The notes under the pieces: model-generated
What the model was told of the DNA's origin: nothing
What the model saw: only the letters and a program-made list of their open reading frames with translations
Databases searched by the model: none
Assembly (NCBI GenBank): GCA_964355945.1
Contig: CAYHGE010000001.1
Location: forward strand, 48,259-112,258
Source: an uncultured Draconibacterium sp.
Lineage (GTDB): Bacteria; Bacteroidota; Bacteroidia; Bacteroidales; FEN-979
Direction of reading: 5' to 3'
Length of the DNA: 64,000 nucleotides
Program-made: the position numbers and the translations under genes
Shown here: positions 9,002 to 19,219 of the stretch, one piece after another
Numbering within the stretch: the stretch's first letter is position 1
Layout: each line of letters opens with the position of its first letter

Positions 9002-10447
9002 TTACCTGTATTTGTATAGGTCGTACTGACCTGTCTTAATGTCAACCTTTTGGTAGTCAGCCGGAACACTTAACTGCATGGTCCTGTCAATGATATAATA
9101 GGATTTCCTGTAAAATGGATCGAGGCTGATGTTAAAATACCTGACCAGGTAGCATTGCAGGGAAAAATCATTCCACATCGTGTCAGGGATGGAAACGGTT
9201 GTCTGCCTTGGAACAACCTTACCGATTAAATACACATCATGAAGAACCTGATTATCCCTGCTGGTTTTACCTTGCTGCATTACAGCGAATGCGGCAGTTC
9301 CCGCCAGCAACAAGGCCGATAGCAACAGCAGCAGTTTAAATGGGGTGGTATTTGTGATGATCCGGTCCGTCAGGTTCGAGATAATTGGGGCTGCCAGCAT
9401 GGATAACCCAACTGCAAAAAATGGGAGAGCCGGCACAAAGTAAAACCCTTTTTGAACCAGCGTAAGCATCAGCGGAGCCGAAGCGGATAACCCGACTGCA
9501 AGGAAAAACAGTGCTGTGCGTGTATGTTCCGGGAAATTCTGTTTGATTTTTTTTAATTTCCCGACAAGCCAGATGATGATGACAAACATGATCTGCGGCA
9601 GCAATTCGGTAAAAAGCCGGTAGAAAATCCAGAATCTGTTGTCAACAGTTGGCACCGCATTGATACGATGCAACGCCCTTTTGAATAGATAGGTTGACAA
9701 ACTATCCCGGCTTTCAGGAATGATAAACAGAATCCCATAAAGGATTACCGGCACTGCCAGGATAAGGACAGTTTGAATTGCTGTTTTTGAAAATGTGCTT
9801 TTTTTTGTTATGATCCAGTATAAAAATGGGACGGTAACCGGGAAGAATCCAGGCAATCCTTTGCTCAGGGTTGCCAGAAAAATGAAAATCCCGGCGGTAA
9901 TCCAGGCTAATGTCCGGGGTTTTTCTGACAAGGAGGCTTTGTACATTAAAACAACGGCACTCAGGGTAAATATCCCCATGGTGTTTTCGTGCATATTATT
10001 CGAAAAAGACCAGAAACAAACAGGAATGGTAATCCATAGCAGAACTGGCAGCCATCCGGGGCTTTTCAAACTTTTTTCCCTGTTGAAAATTTCATTCCAG
10101 AGGTGCAGTATCAACATGGCAGTGATGCACATCGCAAGAAAAGTGTAAAACCGTTCTACATACATGCTGTCGCCGAATATTTTGAAGAACACCGATTGAA
10201 TGCCAAAGACCAGGGGTGGTTGCTCATGAAATGAAGGCAGAGTGCCGACATTGTAAATGCTGAATTTCGGAAACCAGAAGGTCCCGATCCCCATGCTTAA
10301 ATTATGGGAAACACTGGTGTAGAGCATGGCATCCATAAACATCCCATCCTGAATCAGTGTTGGCAGTGTTAGTCCGATCATGGCACTGAATGTGATCAGC
10401 CAGAAGGGTGTTTGCGGATTAAGGAGCGCTTTTTTTAACATGTCCAT
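9002..10447 (-). CDS. ArnT/PMT-like GT-C glycosyltransferase (GT39-like)
   Basis: GMFMDAMLY, FHEQPPL and LSKG motifs; polytopic membrane protein. Start moved from 10543 to ATG 10447 to avoid overlap with the upstream gene. Confidence 0.8.
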   Translation of the reverse strand: MDMLKKALLNPQTPFWLITFSAMIGLTLPTLIQDGMFMDAMLYTSVSHNLSMGIGTFWFPKFSIYNVGTLPSFHEQPPLVFGIQSVFFKIFGDSMYVERFYTFLAMCITAMLILHLWNEIFNREKSLKSPGWLPVLLWITIPVCFWSFSNNMHENTMGIFTLSAVVLMYKASLSEKPRTLAWITAGIFIFLATLSKGLPGFFPVTVPFLYWIITKKSTFSKTAIQTVLILAVPVILYGILFIIPESRDSLSTYLFKRALHRINAVPTVDNRFWIFYRLFTELLPQIMFVIIIWLVGKLKKIKQNFPEHTRTALFFLAVGLSASAPLMLTLVQKGFYFVPALPFFAVGLSMLAAPIISNLTDRIITNTTPFKLLLLLSALLLAGTAAFAVMQQGKTSRDNQVLHDVYLIGKVVPRQTTVSIPDTMWNDFSLQCYLVRYFNISLDPFYRKSYYIIDRTMQLSVPADYQKVDIKTGQYDLYKYR

Positions 10448-10460
10448 GTTTAAAGTAACT

Positions 10461-12356
10461 TCACCGGGATTTAGCAGGTAACCGGTTGCCCGTTTCGCGG
10501 TAATCCTGAAACAGCAATTGCAGAAACGCTTTCCCTTCCTCATTAAGGAGCTCGATTTGTGAGGAATTCAATCGCTTGTCGTGCATGACTGTTTTTTTCA
10601 GGTTGTGATCATACACAACATAGCCGCCTGGTGTGATAAATCCGAATCCATGATCGAAGGCATACCATGCGAATTCAGGTGATGCAGCGTTGAGAATGTC
10701 TTTTCCCCAGATAAAATCACTGGTTTCAAGGCCCATCTGCGTAAAAAGCGTGTATGGTAAGTCATACTGGGAGCCGGTATGCGTCTCTTTCCTTCCCCTG
10801 AATTCAGGCTTCAGCACTTCTCCATACAGGATCAGCGGAATATGATATCTTCCGGGTTCATTATACTTGCGTTTGAGCGGATAGGAATGGGCATGATCAG
10901 CTACTAAAACAAACAACGTGTTTTTATACCATGGCTGCGTGCTGGCCATACGTAAATAGCCGGCAACACATTGATCAGTATAATGTGCCGTATTCCTGAA
11001 CCGGTCAACAGTGAGCTTTGAACGATAAACCCTGGGAACCTTCGCATCAAAATCCTCATGGTTGGTAATTGTCGAAAGTGCTGAAAAGAAGGGTTGGGGA
11101 AACGATGCGGCCAGTTTGATATGCTCTGCGAACAACTCTTCATCATAAGCGCCCCAGCTTGTCTTTTTTATGACGGCAAAATCATTGTGGTCCGCAAGTA
11201 ACCGGGTTTTTCCGGTTAGCATGTAACTGCGGGTGTTGGCGTAATCGAGATTCCCACCGATGATGTAGGATGTATGGTATCCGGCCTTTGTGAGGTTCCT
11301 GTTTATATGGGAAATGTTTTCAATACGGTCAAAATCCCGGATTATCGTCTCCTGCGGAATTGCCGGATATCCGCTGAAAAGGGCCAGCAATCCGTGGTCT
11401 GTTCTGGTTCCGGCAGCATAAATATTGGTGAAAAGCAACCCTTTGGCTGCAAGTGAATCCATCCCAGGGGTTATTCCTTTTTCACCGTTCAGGCAGGAGA
11501 ATACATCGGCTCCCATGCTTTCCATGATGATCAGCACAATGTTGGGATGCCTGATAGTCAGTACATTTTTTGTGCTGTCTGGAGGACGATGGAAAAGTTT
11601 TTGTTGAATTTCCGTCGCCTTTTCCAGGCTTAAAAATTGATACGGATTGGCTGGTTTATTCGGTTGGACAATGAGATCGGCCAGGTTCCAGTCTCCGTTC
11701 AATGCGGCATTGTTCAAAACCGGATTTGCCGAATAAAAAGCCCGGCTGCGGTCCAGCGGAAATTTTCCAAGGCCACCCCGGGCGGAAACCATCAGAATAG
11801 AGAAAAGCAAGAGGGTGATAGCGGTATGTGATTTCCAGGATGTGACAGTCAATGTTCTGTGAGTGAATATTTTATGATAAATATAAAGACACACAGACAA
11901 AAGAACACAAAAAGCGAGAAACAACAGGGTATTGGATGAAGTAAAGATCAGCGACGAAAACTCCGCAGAGGTATCGACATACGTCAATGCCATCGAATTC
12001 AGTTTGGTTCCCCACTGAAGCGAGAGTCCGATATCGATGAAGCCGATTAAAATACTGACTGACAGAAGGATGATGTTGATGGCATGAACGATTTTTATTG
12101 AATTTACCCGTTTTCGGATCGCGAGGGTCAGGGTGATGATGAAAAATGGGAGGGCTATCAGGTAGGCAGTTGCAGAAATATCATTGGAAAGTGCATGCCA
12201 GTTTGATAATAATACCTCTTGCCAGGGAAGGAGTTTTACCTCACCGATATTGAAGAGCAGAAATAGCTGGCGCTGGACAAAGAAAACACTCATCCAGAAG
12301 ATGAAAAGTGACATCAACCATAGGATGAGATGATATTCAGGTCTTTTTATCCGCAT
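10461..12356 (-). CDS. LTA synthase / phosphoglycerol transferase family (sulfatase-like)
   Basis: Five N-terminal TM helices, RGG, PNIVLIIMES, GTRTDHG (catalytic Thr region), NHEDF, YTD, ADHAH, SQYDLPYT. Confidence 0.85.
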   Translation of the reverse strand: MRIKRPEYHLILWLMSLFIFWMSVFFVQRQLFLLFNIGEVKLLPWQEVLLSNWHALSNDISATAYLIALPFFIITLTLAIRKRVNSIKIVHAINIILLSVSILIGFIDIGLSLQWGTKLNSMALTYVDTSAEFSSLIFTSSNTLLFLAFCVLLSVCLYIYHKIFTHRTLTVTSWKSHTAITLLLFSILMVSARGGLGKFPLDRSRAFYSANPVLNNAALNGDWNLADLIVQPNKPANPYQFLSLEKATEIQQKLFHRPPDSTKNVLTIRHPNIVLIIMESMGADVFSCLNGEKGITPGMDSLAAKGLLFTNIYAAGTRTDHGLLALFSGYPAIPQETIIRDFDRIENISHINRNLTKAGYHTSYIIGGNLDYANTRSYMLTGKTRLLADHNDFAVIKKTSWGAYDEELFAEHIKLAASFPQPFFSALSTITNHEDFDAKVPRVYRSKLTVDRFRNTAHYTDQCVAGYLRMASTQPWYKNTLFVLVADHAHSYPLKRKYNEPGRYHIPLILYGEVLKPEFRGRKETHTGSQYDLPYTLFTQMGLETSDFIWGKDILNAASPEFAWYAFDHGFGFITPGGYVVYDHNLKKTVMHDKRLNSSQIELLNEEGKAFLQLLFQDYRETGNRLPAKSR

Positions 12357-12425
12357 TGTTTCTGCTGAATCAGGGTGATTTCTGTAATCTGTCGTGTTGT
12401 AAGTTTAATAACCTCATCCCCTGCA

Positions 12426-12449
12426 CCCCTTCTCCTGAAGGAGAAGGGG
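12426..12449. repeat. GC-rich palindrome CCCCTTCTCC-TGAA-GGAGAAGGGG (REP-like)
   Basis: Perfect 10-bp stem with a 4-nt loop, preceded by ACCTCATCCCCTGCA; no U-tract on either side. Confidence 0.6.
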
Positions 12450-12467
12450 ACGGGAAAGGGAAAGATG

Positions 12468-12475
12468 CAAAAGTA
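12468..12475 (-). promoter_or_regulatory. -7 promoter element (TACTTTTG) for the LtaS-like operon
   Basis: TAnnTTTG match on the minus strand upstream of 12356. Confidence 0.5.
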
Positions 12476-12554
12476 ATTTTTTTGAAAACACCATCAGGTT
12501 TCATTCAGATTTTATTCTAATTTTACAGGTTGCTGAACTTAACCGGCATCACTA

Positions 12555-13871
12555 ATGGGTCAAGGTTTTTCCCGGCATCTCAAAACACCGGCATGCTTTT
12601 TTTTCATGTTGTTGTTACTGCTTTTTGGTTTCCGCCTGGTTTATGGATTGACCTCTGAATTCTGGTTCGAAGATGAAATTCAGATTTACCTGATCGGGTT
12701 GAAGTGTTATGCATCAGGTCACTGGCCCTGGTTCGGGCCTGATGTGGTGTATACGTCAAGCCAGATCCCCGGGGCATTGCAGGGATTGCTGGTGGGACTC
12801 CCATTTTACGTGCTGCCGGCTCCTGAGTCACCTTCTCTGGTTGCCAACCTCATTTCCTTCGCTTCGCTTAGTTTTCTTGCATGGTATATCCGGAGGATAC
12901 TCCCGGAAATCCCCTGGTGGTTTGTGTGGATCTGGGTGCTGACCTGTCCCTGGACGCTAAACTACTCCACGACTGTCCTGAATCCCTCTTATGCCCTGAC
13001 CGGGGGGATATTTTTCTTTATTGCCTTTCTTGAAACCGTTCCATCCCTGTCAAAGAATCTGCTCAATCGCAGTACCTCATTGTTTTTGATGGGATTTTCC
13101 CTGTTCTGGACCATGCAACTGCATATCTCCTGGATCATCATGATTCCGTATCTCATTTATAGCCTCATGCTTTCGGTCAGGGGTGGGAAAGTTCTTGTGA
13201 AGGATCTATGGTATTTTTGCCTTGGAGCCGCGATCCCGCTGGCATTGCTCATTCCCACCTTTGTGGAATTTGGCTTTGGTGCAGGAAGCGGAAATGCCGG
13301 GGCAAATGTTAAAATCAACTGGCAGAATGTGCAGGAGATCATCACCCTGATCTCACGCTACCTCTCGTTCGCCAGTTATGAACTTCCTCGTTTCCTGGGT
13401 TCCGACACCCCTTCGCGCATTGAGCTGGTGAAGCATTACTGGCCGTTGATGCCATTTTTCATCTATACCCTGCTGATTGGATTGGTGCAGCCCATCGTGC
13501 TGTTTGCCTATATTTTTATTCCGTCAAAAATTCCTGTTCCTTTCAGAATGTTAACGGGCCTCACCATGCTCATCCTGTGGATCAGTTTCTTCTTTTCAGT
13601 AAAAGGACCATCATCCCACACATTCTATATCACCTTTCCGCTGGCCATGATCTATTCCATGTTTGTGTGGAAGGAGCTTTTCATTCACCGGTGGTTCCGG
13701 CAGATGATGGCAGCAATGCTCATCTCCGGTATCCTTGTAAGCAGTGCCCTCATCCACGAACACTATTATTCCCGCTCACTATACAAAAACAGGGATGTTG
13801 TGCAGCAGGCGATCAGCGAAAAGGATTACCATTTGCTGGGTGAAAGAAGGAGTTATGACAGGAATGATTAG
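12555..13871 (+). CDS. Polytopic membrane protein, probable GT-C-fold glycosyltransferase
   Basis: Acidic pair after TM1 (WFEDE), WPWFGP, PGALQ, NPS, QLH; about 11 TM segments. Confidence 0.5.
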   Translation: MGQGFSRHLKTPACFFFMLLLLLFGFRLVYGLTSEFWFEDEIQIYLIGLKCYASGHWPWFGPDVVYTSSQIPGALQGLLVGLPFYVLPAPESPSLVANLISFASLSFLAWYIRRILPEIPWWFVWIWVLTCPWTLNYSTTVLNPSYALTGGIFFFIAFLETVPSLSKNLLNRSTSLFLMGFSLFWTMQLHISWIIMIPYLIYSLMLSVRGGKVLVKDLWYFCLGAAIPLALLIPTFVEFGFGAGSGNAGANVKINWQNVQEIITLISRYLSFASYELPRFLGSDTPSRIELVKHYWPLMPFFIYTLLIGLVQPIVLFAYIFIPSKIPVPFRMLTGLTMLILWISFFFSVKGPSSHTFYITFPLAMIYSMFVWKELFIHRWFRQMMAAMLISGILVSSALIHEHYYSRSLYKNRDVVQQAISEKDYHLLGERRSYDRND

Positions 13872-13883
13872 GGGTTGAGGTGG

Positions 13884-15236
13884 TTAAAACTCCTCAATAA
13901 TCCCTACATAATTCTCTGGTGTGATCGCCTTTAACTCATCCTTGATTTTTTTCGATACCTTCAACCCATTGATGAAGGTAATCAGTGAAGATTGGGTAAT
14001 GCCACCCTGCCCGCGGGTAAGTGCTTTCAGCGCTTCATACGGGTTGGGATAATTTTCACGGCGAAGGATGGTTTGAATGGCTTCAGATACCACCGCCCAG
14101 TTGTCGTCGAGATCCTTTTTTATCTTTGATTCGTTGATGATCAGCTTGTTCATTCCTTTTAACAGCGACTTGTAGGCGATTAAGGAGTGGGCAAATGGCA
14201 CTCCCAGGTTCCGGATCACCGTCGAGTCGGTGAGGTCGCGTTGCAGCCGCGAGACGGGCAGTTTTGCCGCCAGATGTTCAAAAATCGCATTGGCCATGCC
14301 AAGGTTGCCTTCTGAGTTTTCAAAGTCGATGGGGTTAACTTTGTGCGGCATCGTAGATGATCCGGTTTCTGTTGACTTGACTTTTTGTTTGAAATAATCC
14401 ATGGAGATATACGTCCAGATATCGCGGTCAAGATCAATCAGAATGGTGTTGATGCGCTTCAGGTTGTCGCAAAAAGCCGCCAGGTTGTCGTAATGTTCGA
14501 TTTGTGTGGTAGTCTGACAACGTTCCAGTACAAGTGTTTCATTGATGAATTTGTTGGCGAATTTAACCCAGTCGATACCCGGATATGCTACATGATGTGC
14601 GTTGAAATTTCCTGTGGCACCGCCGAATTTGGCGGAGATGGGAATGGTCTCCAGCAGGGCAATTTGCATCCCAAGCCTTTCAGCAAATACATAGAGTTCC
14701 TTGCCAACGGTGGTGGGTGATGCAGCCTGGCCATGGGTGCGGGCCAGCATGGGCACCCGGTTCCATTCCTGCGACCGTTTAAGGAGATCTCCGTAAATGG
14801 TCTCCAGCGCAGGCTCCAGGATGTCGCACCAGGCATCACGCATTGCCATTGGGAATGCTGTATTGTTGATGTCCTGCGAGGTAAGCCCGAAATGGATGAA
14901 CTCCTTGAACGGACTTAATCCCAACTGGTCGAATTTCTCTTTCAGGAAATACTCCACAGCCTTGACATCATGGTTGGTCTCCTTTTCAATCTCTTTGACA
15001 TGCTGTGCATCTTCCGGTTCGAACTTGTTGTAAATATCCCTGAGCTTCGGAAACATTTTTTTGTTAAACCCCTTCAGTTGTGGCAATGGAATCCGGCACA
15101 AGGCGATGAAATACTCAACTTCAACCAGCACACGGTACCGAATGATCGCACTTTCCGAGAAATAGGCGGTCAGCGGTTCTGTGACTTTACGGTAACGGCC
15201 ATCGACAGGGGAAACAGCATTCAGGGAGAGATCCAT
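13884..15236 (-). CDS. purB: Adenylosuccinate lyase
   Basis: SPVDGRY, TNHDVKAVEY, HFGLTSQDINN, RTHGQ, signature GSSTMPHKVNPIDFENSEGN, SRLQRDLTDS. Confidence 0.98.
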   Translation of the reverse strand: MDLSLNAVSPVDGRYRKVTEPLTAYFSESAIIRYRVLVEVEYFIALCRIPLPQLKGFNKKMFPKLRDIYNKFEPEDAQHVKEIEKETNHDVKAVEYFLKEKFDQLGLSPFKEFIHFGLTSQDINNTAFPMAMRDAWCDILEPALETIYGDLLKRSQEWNRVPMLARTHGQAASPTTVGKELYVFAERLGMQIALLETIPISAKFGGATGNFNAHHVAYPGIDWVKFANKFINETLVLERCQTTTQIEHYDNLAAFCDNLKRINTILIDLDRDIWTYISMDYFKQKVKSTETGSSTMPHKVNPIDFENSEGNLGMANAIFEHLAAKLPVSRLQRDLTDSTVIRNLGVPFAHSLIAYKSLLKGMNKLIINESKIKKDLDDNWAVVSEAIQTILRRENYPNPYEALKALTRGQGGITQSSLITFINGLKVSKKIKDELKAITPENYVGIIEEF

Positions 15237-15309
15237 GTGGAAAATAATTTGAAATTATTGTTTACAATCAGCCTCATGTGTTTGATCAGGCTTTTGTTCA
15301 TGTTATGAG

Positions 15310-15317
15310 CAAAGATA
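15310..15317 (-). promoter_or_regulatory. -7 promoter element (TATCTTTG) for purB
   Basis: TAnnTTTG match. Confidence 0.5.
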
Positions 15318-15414
15318 TGGATAATTCTGAACAGAACTTTTCACTTTTTTACCATGAAGCCAGGGAAAATCTTTCCGGACACGGGTTCCATTTCTTCATA
15401 TAAGGTATTATTTA

Positions 15415-15422
15415 TATATTTG
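15415..15422 (+). promoter_or_regulatory. -7 promoter element (TATATTTG) for the Omp28-like gene
   Basis: TAnnTTTG match 35 nt before the ATG. Confidence 0.5.
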
Positions 15423-15457
15423 TAGGTGAATATGTTTATCAACCAAAATAGAAAATC

Positions 15458-17560
15458 ATGAAAAAAATCTTTACCACCTTGTTGCTTTTCGCTGCCGGCC
15501 TCATTGCCGCACAATCGCAAACACTTGTAACCACCCAGCAACTCAATAAAAATGCAGTACTGGAGGAGTATACAGGTATTCACTGCCAGTATTGCCCGGA
15601 GGGACATGCCATTTCCGCTTCCATCTTAGCGAATAACCCGGGAAGGGCCGTCGTGATTGCCATTCACCAGGGTTCATTTGCGGTTCCAAGTGGCTCAGAA
15701 CCTGATTACCGTACACCTTTTGGAGATCCTCTGGCCGGGCAGACAGCATTGCAGGGTTACCCTGCCGGAACAGTAAACAGGCATGTTTTCAGCGGAAATG
15801 CAACGGCTTTAAATCGTGGAGACTGGACTACCAGTTCGGAAATTATCATGCAACAGCCTTCTCCGGTCAATGTCGGGGTTACCTCTGCTTTCAATGCTGC
15901 CACGCGTGAACTGACAGTACATGTTGAACTCTATTACACTGCAGCAAGCGCCGTTCCGACGAACTACATCAATGTGGCCCTTATCCAGAACCATGTCTTT
16001 GGCCCTCAAACAGGGGGTGGTGCCGGGAATAATTATGAACACATGGAGATGCTCCGTTACCTGATCACAGGGCAGTGGGGTGATGCAGTTACAACGACCA
16101 CACAGGGCTCGCTGGTTGAGAAAACATATACCTACATTGTTCCGGCAGCCTACAACAATATTCCATGCGTTGTTGAAAATTGTGAAGTGGCTGTTTTTGT
16201 GGCAGAAGGCCACCAGGAGATACTTACAGGTGATGTCGTGCCGGCAATTGATGGTACCAACCTTTATGTTGGCGACATCAGCACATCCGACAGCATAATG
16301 AAGCTGGGACAACCTTCTGTGACTGCAAGTTTCGACCTGATGGCAAACAGCAACATAGCCGGAACAGAGCCATTCAAGATTAAACTGGTTTCTGCACCTC
16401 CGGTTGGATGGTCATCAAATTTTGTGATCAATGGCCTCACTTTTACCGACAGCACCATTGTTGATCTTGTGAAGGGTACTCCCAAGCCGATCACACTGCA
16501 GGTTACTCCTGGTGACAGCGCCTCCTTTGAAGATTTTACCTTCGCGCTCTCTTCAATGAATAATCCCAATGCTCCGGTTAAGTACTTCACGGTGCATTTA
16601 ATCTCCAATGTCACCACATTGTTGGTTAATGCTGCAGGTGATAACAACGCCACCCTGCATTCCGGTGTTTACCTTGCAGGCCTGAAAGCCGCCGGATGTG
16701 ATCAACTGGCCATGATGAAATCAAGCCTTTTTGTCCAGGCAAAAAATGCCGGAATTCTCACAGAAATACTCAATATTTTCTATAATTGTGCATGGACATT
16801 CCCGGCTTTCACCGACCCGGAAGCCATTGCTGTAAAATCATTCGTGGATAATGGAGGGAAACTTCTGGTTGCCGGTCAGGATGTTGGCTGGGACATCATG
16901 AGTGGTGCTGCTGGTAACCATGGAACCGTTGTTACAAAGGATCTGTACACAAACTATCTCAAGGCTTCATACATCGATGATGGGAGTGCTTCAAGCAATA
17001 AACTGGTTGCCAATACGGCCGATCCGATTTATGGTACTGTCGCAACGTCAAATATTGTCGATGTTTATGGCGGAAATATGTACCCGGATCAGATCGGTCC
17101 GCTGCAAAATGCGACAGCAACTTTCTACTATAACACAACACTGACCAAAATTGGTGCAGTTAAATCGACCAAGGATCAGGCCAAGGTTGTCTATTTTGGA
17201 GTTGGTCTTGAAATGGTTCAGAACGTAGCTGTGAGGAATGACATCCTTCTGAAAACCTACAACTGGTTCATGGATGGAGTGGGTATTAACGAAAGCCCGG
17301 TAAAACATACTGCCACACTTGGTCAGAATTTTCCAAACCCGGCCAAAGATGAAACCACAATCCTGCTGAATTCCATTGACACAGATATGATGCTGGAAGT
17401 TACCGACATTACCGGAAGGGTTTTAGCATCTCAACCTGTAAAAGCAGGTTCTGATAAAATCAACATATCGACTTCAAACCTGAGCAACGGAATTTACCTC
17501 TATCTCCTTCGCAGCACCACAAAGGTTGTCGACACCAAAAAGTTTACCGTTCAGCACTAA
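15458..17560 (+). CDS. Omp28-related protein with T9SS type A C-terminal sorting domain
   Basis: Signal peptide; LEEYTGIHCQYCP (CxxC), GYP.G.VNR, H..MLR; C-terminal QNFPNP...LSNGIYLY...KKFTV. Confidence 0.85.
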   Translation: MKKIFTTLLLFAAGLIAAQSQTLVTTQQLNKNAVLEEYTGIHCQYCPEGHAISASILANNPGRAVVIAIHQGSFAVPSGSEPDYRTPFGDPLAGQTALQGYPAGTVNRHVFSGNATALNRGDWTTSSEIIMQQPSPVNVGVTSAFNAATRELTVHVELYYTAASAVPTNYINVALIQNHVFGPQTGGGAGNNYEHMEMLRYLITGQWGDAVTTTTQGSLVEKTYTYIVPAAYNNIPCVVENCEVAVFVAEGHQEILTGDVVPAIDGTNLYVGDISTSDSIMKLGQPSVTASFDLMANSNIAGTEPFKIKLVSAPPVGWSSNFVINGLTFTDSTIVDLVKGTPKPITLQVTPGDSASFEDFTFALSSMNNPNAPVKYFTVHLISNVTTLLVNAAGDNNATLHSGVYLAGLKAAGCDQLAMMKSSLFVQAKNAGILTEILNIFYNCAWTFPAFTDPEAIAVKSFVDNGGKLLVAGQDVGWDIMSGAAGNHGTVVTKDLYTNYLKASYIDDGSASSNKLVANTADPIYGTVATSNIVDVYGGNMYPDQIGPLQNATATFYYNTTLTKIGAVKSTKDQAKVVYFGVGLEMVQNVAVRNDILLKTYNWFMDGVGINESPVKHTATLGQNFPNPAKDETTILLNSIDTDMMLEVTDITGRVLASQPVKAGSDKINISTSNLSNGIYLYLLRSTTKVVDTKKFTVQH

Positions 17561-17572
17561 TTCGTTACCTTA

Positions 17573-19015
17573 TTACTTTACAACATTCTTCAGAAGCCAT
17601 TTCCCTGTCAGCTCCAGAGCTGCCGGGGAGATGGTTTCTTCAATTTTGGCGTATTCCGACGGGCTGCCGGTTTTGGCGGTTTGAAAGAGGTGATTCAACC
17701 CGGGTAACTCCTCGATAACATAACTTGAATTTCCGCCAAAAATCAGCGCTTTTTCAATAGCTTCGAGATTCTCTTTCGACGGAACCTGAAGGTCAAGACT
17801 TCCATTGATTGCAAGCAGCGGACAGGTAACTTTTGAAAGGTACACTTCAGGGTTAAGTGTAAGAAAGCAACGGAACCAGGGCGAAGTGAGGCTTTCTATC
17901 TGGGCATTAATATCTTTTTTCGACATCGGGTGGTAGCTTGTATCTTTTGCATTCCTTTTGTCAAGATCTGCAAAAAGCAATCTGATCTTTTCGGCGGCTC
18001 TTGTGTTGTCGCGGTTTTTCTTCAGGACGCTGTAAATGTCCTTACTGAGCTTTTCATTAATTTTAATGCTGCTTTCATCTGCCCCCTCACTTTTCGAAAT
18101 AAGTGCCGATTGAAGGAGAAGAATTTGTTCTCCTGTAAGACCTGGTCCGGCCATAAGGATGATAAACGCCACATCTTTTCGGTAGGATGCTACGATCGGA
18201 GCCAGAATGCCGCCTTCGCTGTGCCCGATGAATCCGATTCTGTTGGTGTCAATTTCAGGATGATGCTTCAAAAAATCAAGCGCAGCTTCAGCATCAGTGG
18301 CAAAATCGAATGAAGTGGCTGATTTGAAATCACCTTTCGACATGGCGACACCACGGTCATCATACCGTAGTACTGCAATTCCAAGGCGGGTGAGGTAATC
18401 GGCCAGCAGCAGGAAAGGTTTGTGACCCACAAGTTCTTCATTACGGTTTTGAGGTCCTGATCCGGAGAGAAGGATGGCGACAGGATAATGGCCTTTGTTT
18501 TCAGGAAGTGTCAACGTCCCGGCAAGATCAAACTCCCCTTTGGTACCGGGAAAAGTAACATCTTCAATCCGGTAAGGGAATGGAGGCTTCGGCTCCTGGG
18601 GCCTGTTGAGTGTGACTCGTTTTCCTTCCCGAACCAGAACGATCGGGAATGCCATTCCACCCTGTTTCCAGGATCCGGTTATCGAATCGATACCGTCGTT
18701 GACTTTTCCATCAAAACTGCCTCCGATTGCATCGGCTGAGACATCCAAAGATCTGCCATCCAACACAACTTTACTGGTTGGAAGATCAAGTACCCCCTGG
18801 TCAGGGCTGTCGAAGGTAACGATCAGGCTGTCGGTTTCACTGAACATGACATTCATGACAAGGCGGAGTTGTTTGCCTTGAATTTTCAGGGCTCCGGACC
18901 AGGTCCCTTTAAGTTCTTTCATCGAAAGACTATCCTGTGCAGAGGTAATTAGTGGGCTGATCATAGCAAATACAATGATTGGAATGATCATGGTAATTAA
19001 AATATTTTTTTTCAT
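17573..19015 (-). CDS. Secreted alpha/beta hydrolase (S9/S15/S33-like)
   Basis: Signal peptide; SGSGPQNRNE, LRYDDRG, GHSEGG nucleophile, GSLDLQV, NHLFQ. Confidence 0.9.
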   Translation of the reverse strand: MKKNILITMIIPIIVFAMISPLITSAQDSLSMKELKGTWSGALKIQGKQLRLVMNVMFSETDSLIVTFDSPDQGVLDLPTSKVVLDGRSLDVSADAIGGSFDGKVNDGIDSITGSWKQGGMAFPIVLVREGKRVTLNRPQEPKPPFPYRIEDVTFPGTKGEFDLAGTLTLPENKGHYPVAILLSGSGPQNRNEELVGHKPFLLLADYLTRLGIAVLRYDDRGVAMSKGDFKSATSFDFATDAEAALDFLKHHPEIDTNRIGFIGHSEGGILAPIVASYRKDVAFIILMAGPGLTGEQILLLQSALISKSEGADESSIKINEKLSKDIYSVLKKNRDNTRAAEKIRLLFADLDKRNAKDTSYHPMSKKDINAQIESLTSPWFRCFLTLNPEVYLSKVTCPLLAINGSLDLQVPSKENLEAIEKALIFGGNSSYVIEELPGLNHLFQTAKTGSPSEYAKIEETISPAALELTGKWLLKNVVK

Positions 19016-19170
19016 GGTTGAAGATATACAGGTTGTTTCATTGGTTCAACCCGCAAAGTAACAAAGAAATCTGATACAGTTCTTTTTTGAGTGTGGGTGA
19101 ATTAATGTAATCAGACCCTTCGACATGAAAATTGTTTTTCAGGTTTGTAGATGTTTATATCTATTTTAAG

Positions 19171-19178
19171 TAAGTTTG
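19171..19178 (+). promoter_or_regulatory. -7 promoter element (TAAGTTTG) for the trans-sulfuration/thrC operon
   Basis: TAnnTTTG match 41 nt before the ATG at 19220. Confidence 0.5.
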
Positions 19179-19219
19179 TGATGTGAAATTGCTCATTCTA
19201 AACTATTCATTCGTAAAAA

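Noticed and set aside
19016..19219. SAM riboswitch or attenuator before the Met/Thr cluster
   Set aside because: No SAM-I/II consensus, leader peptide or terminator hairpin was seen, and the promoter motif lies close to the ATG.
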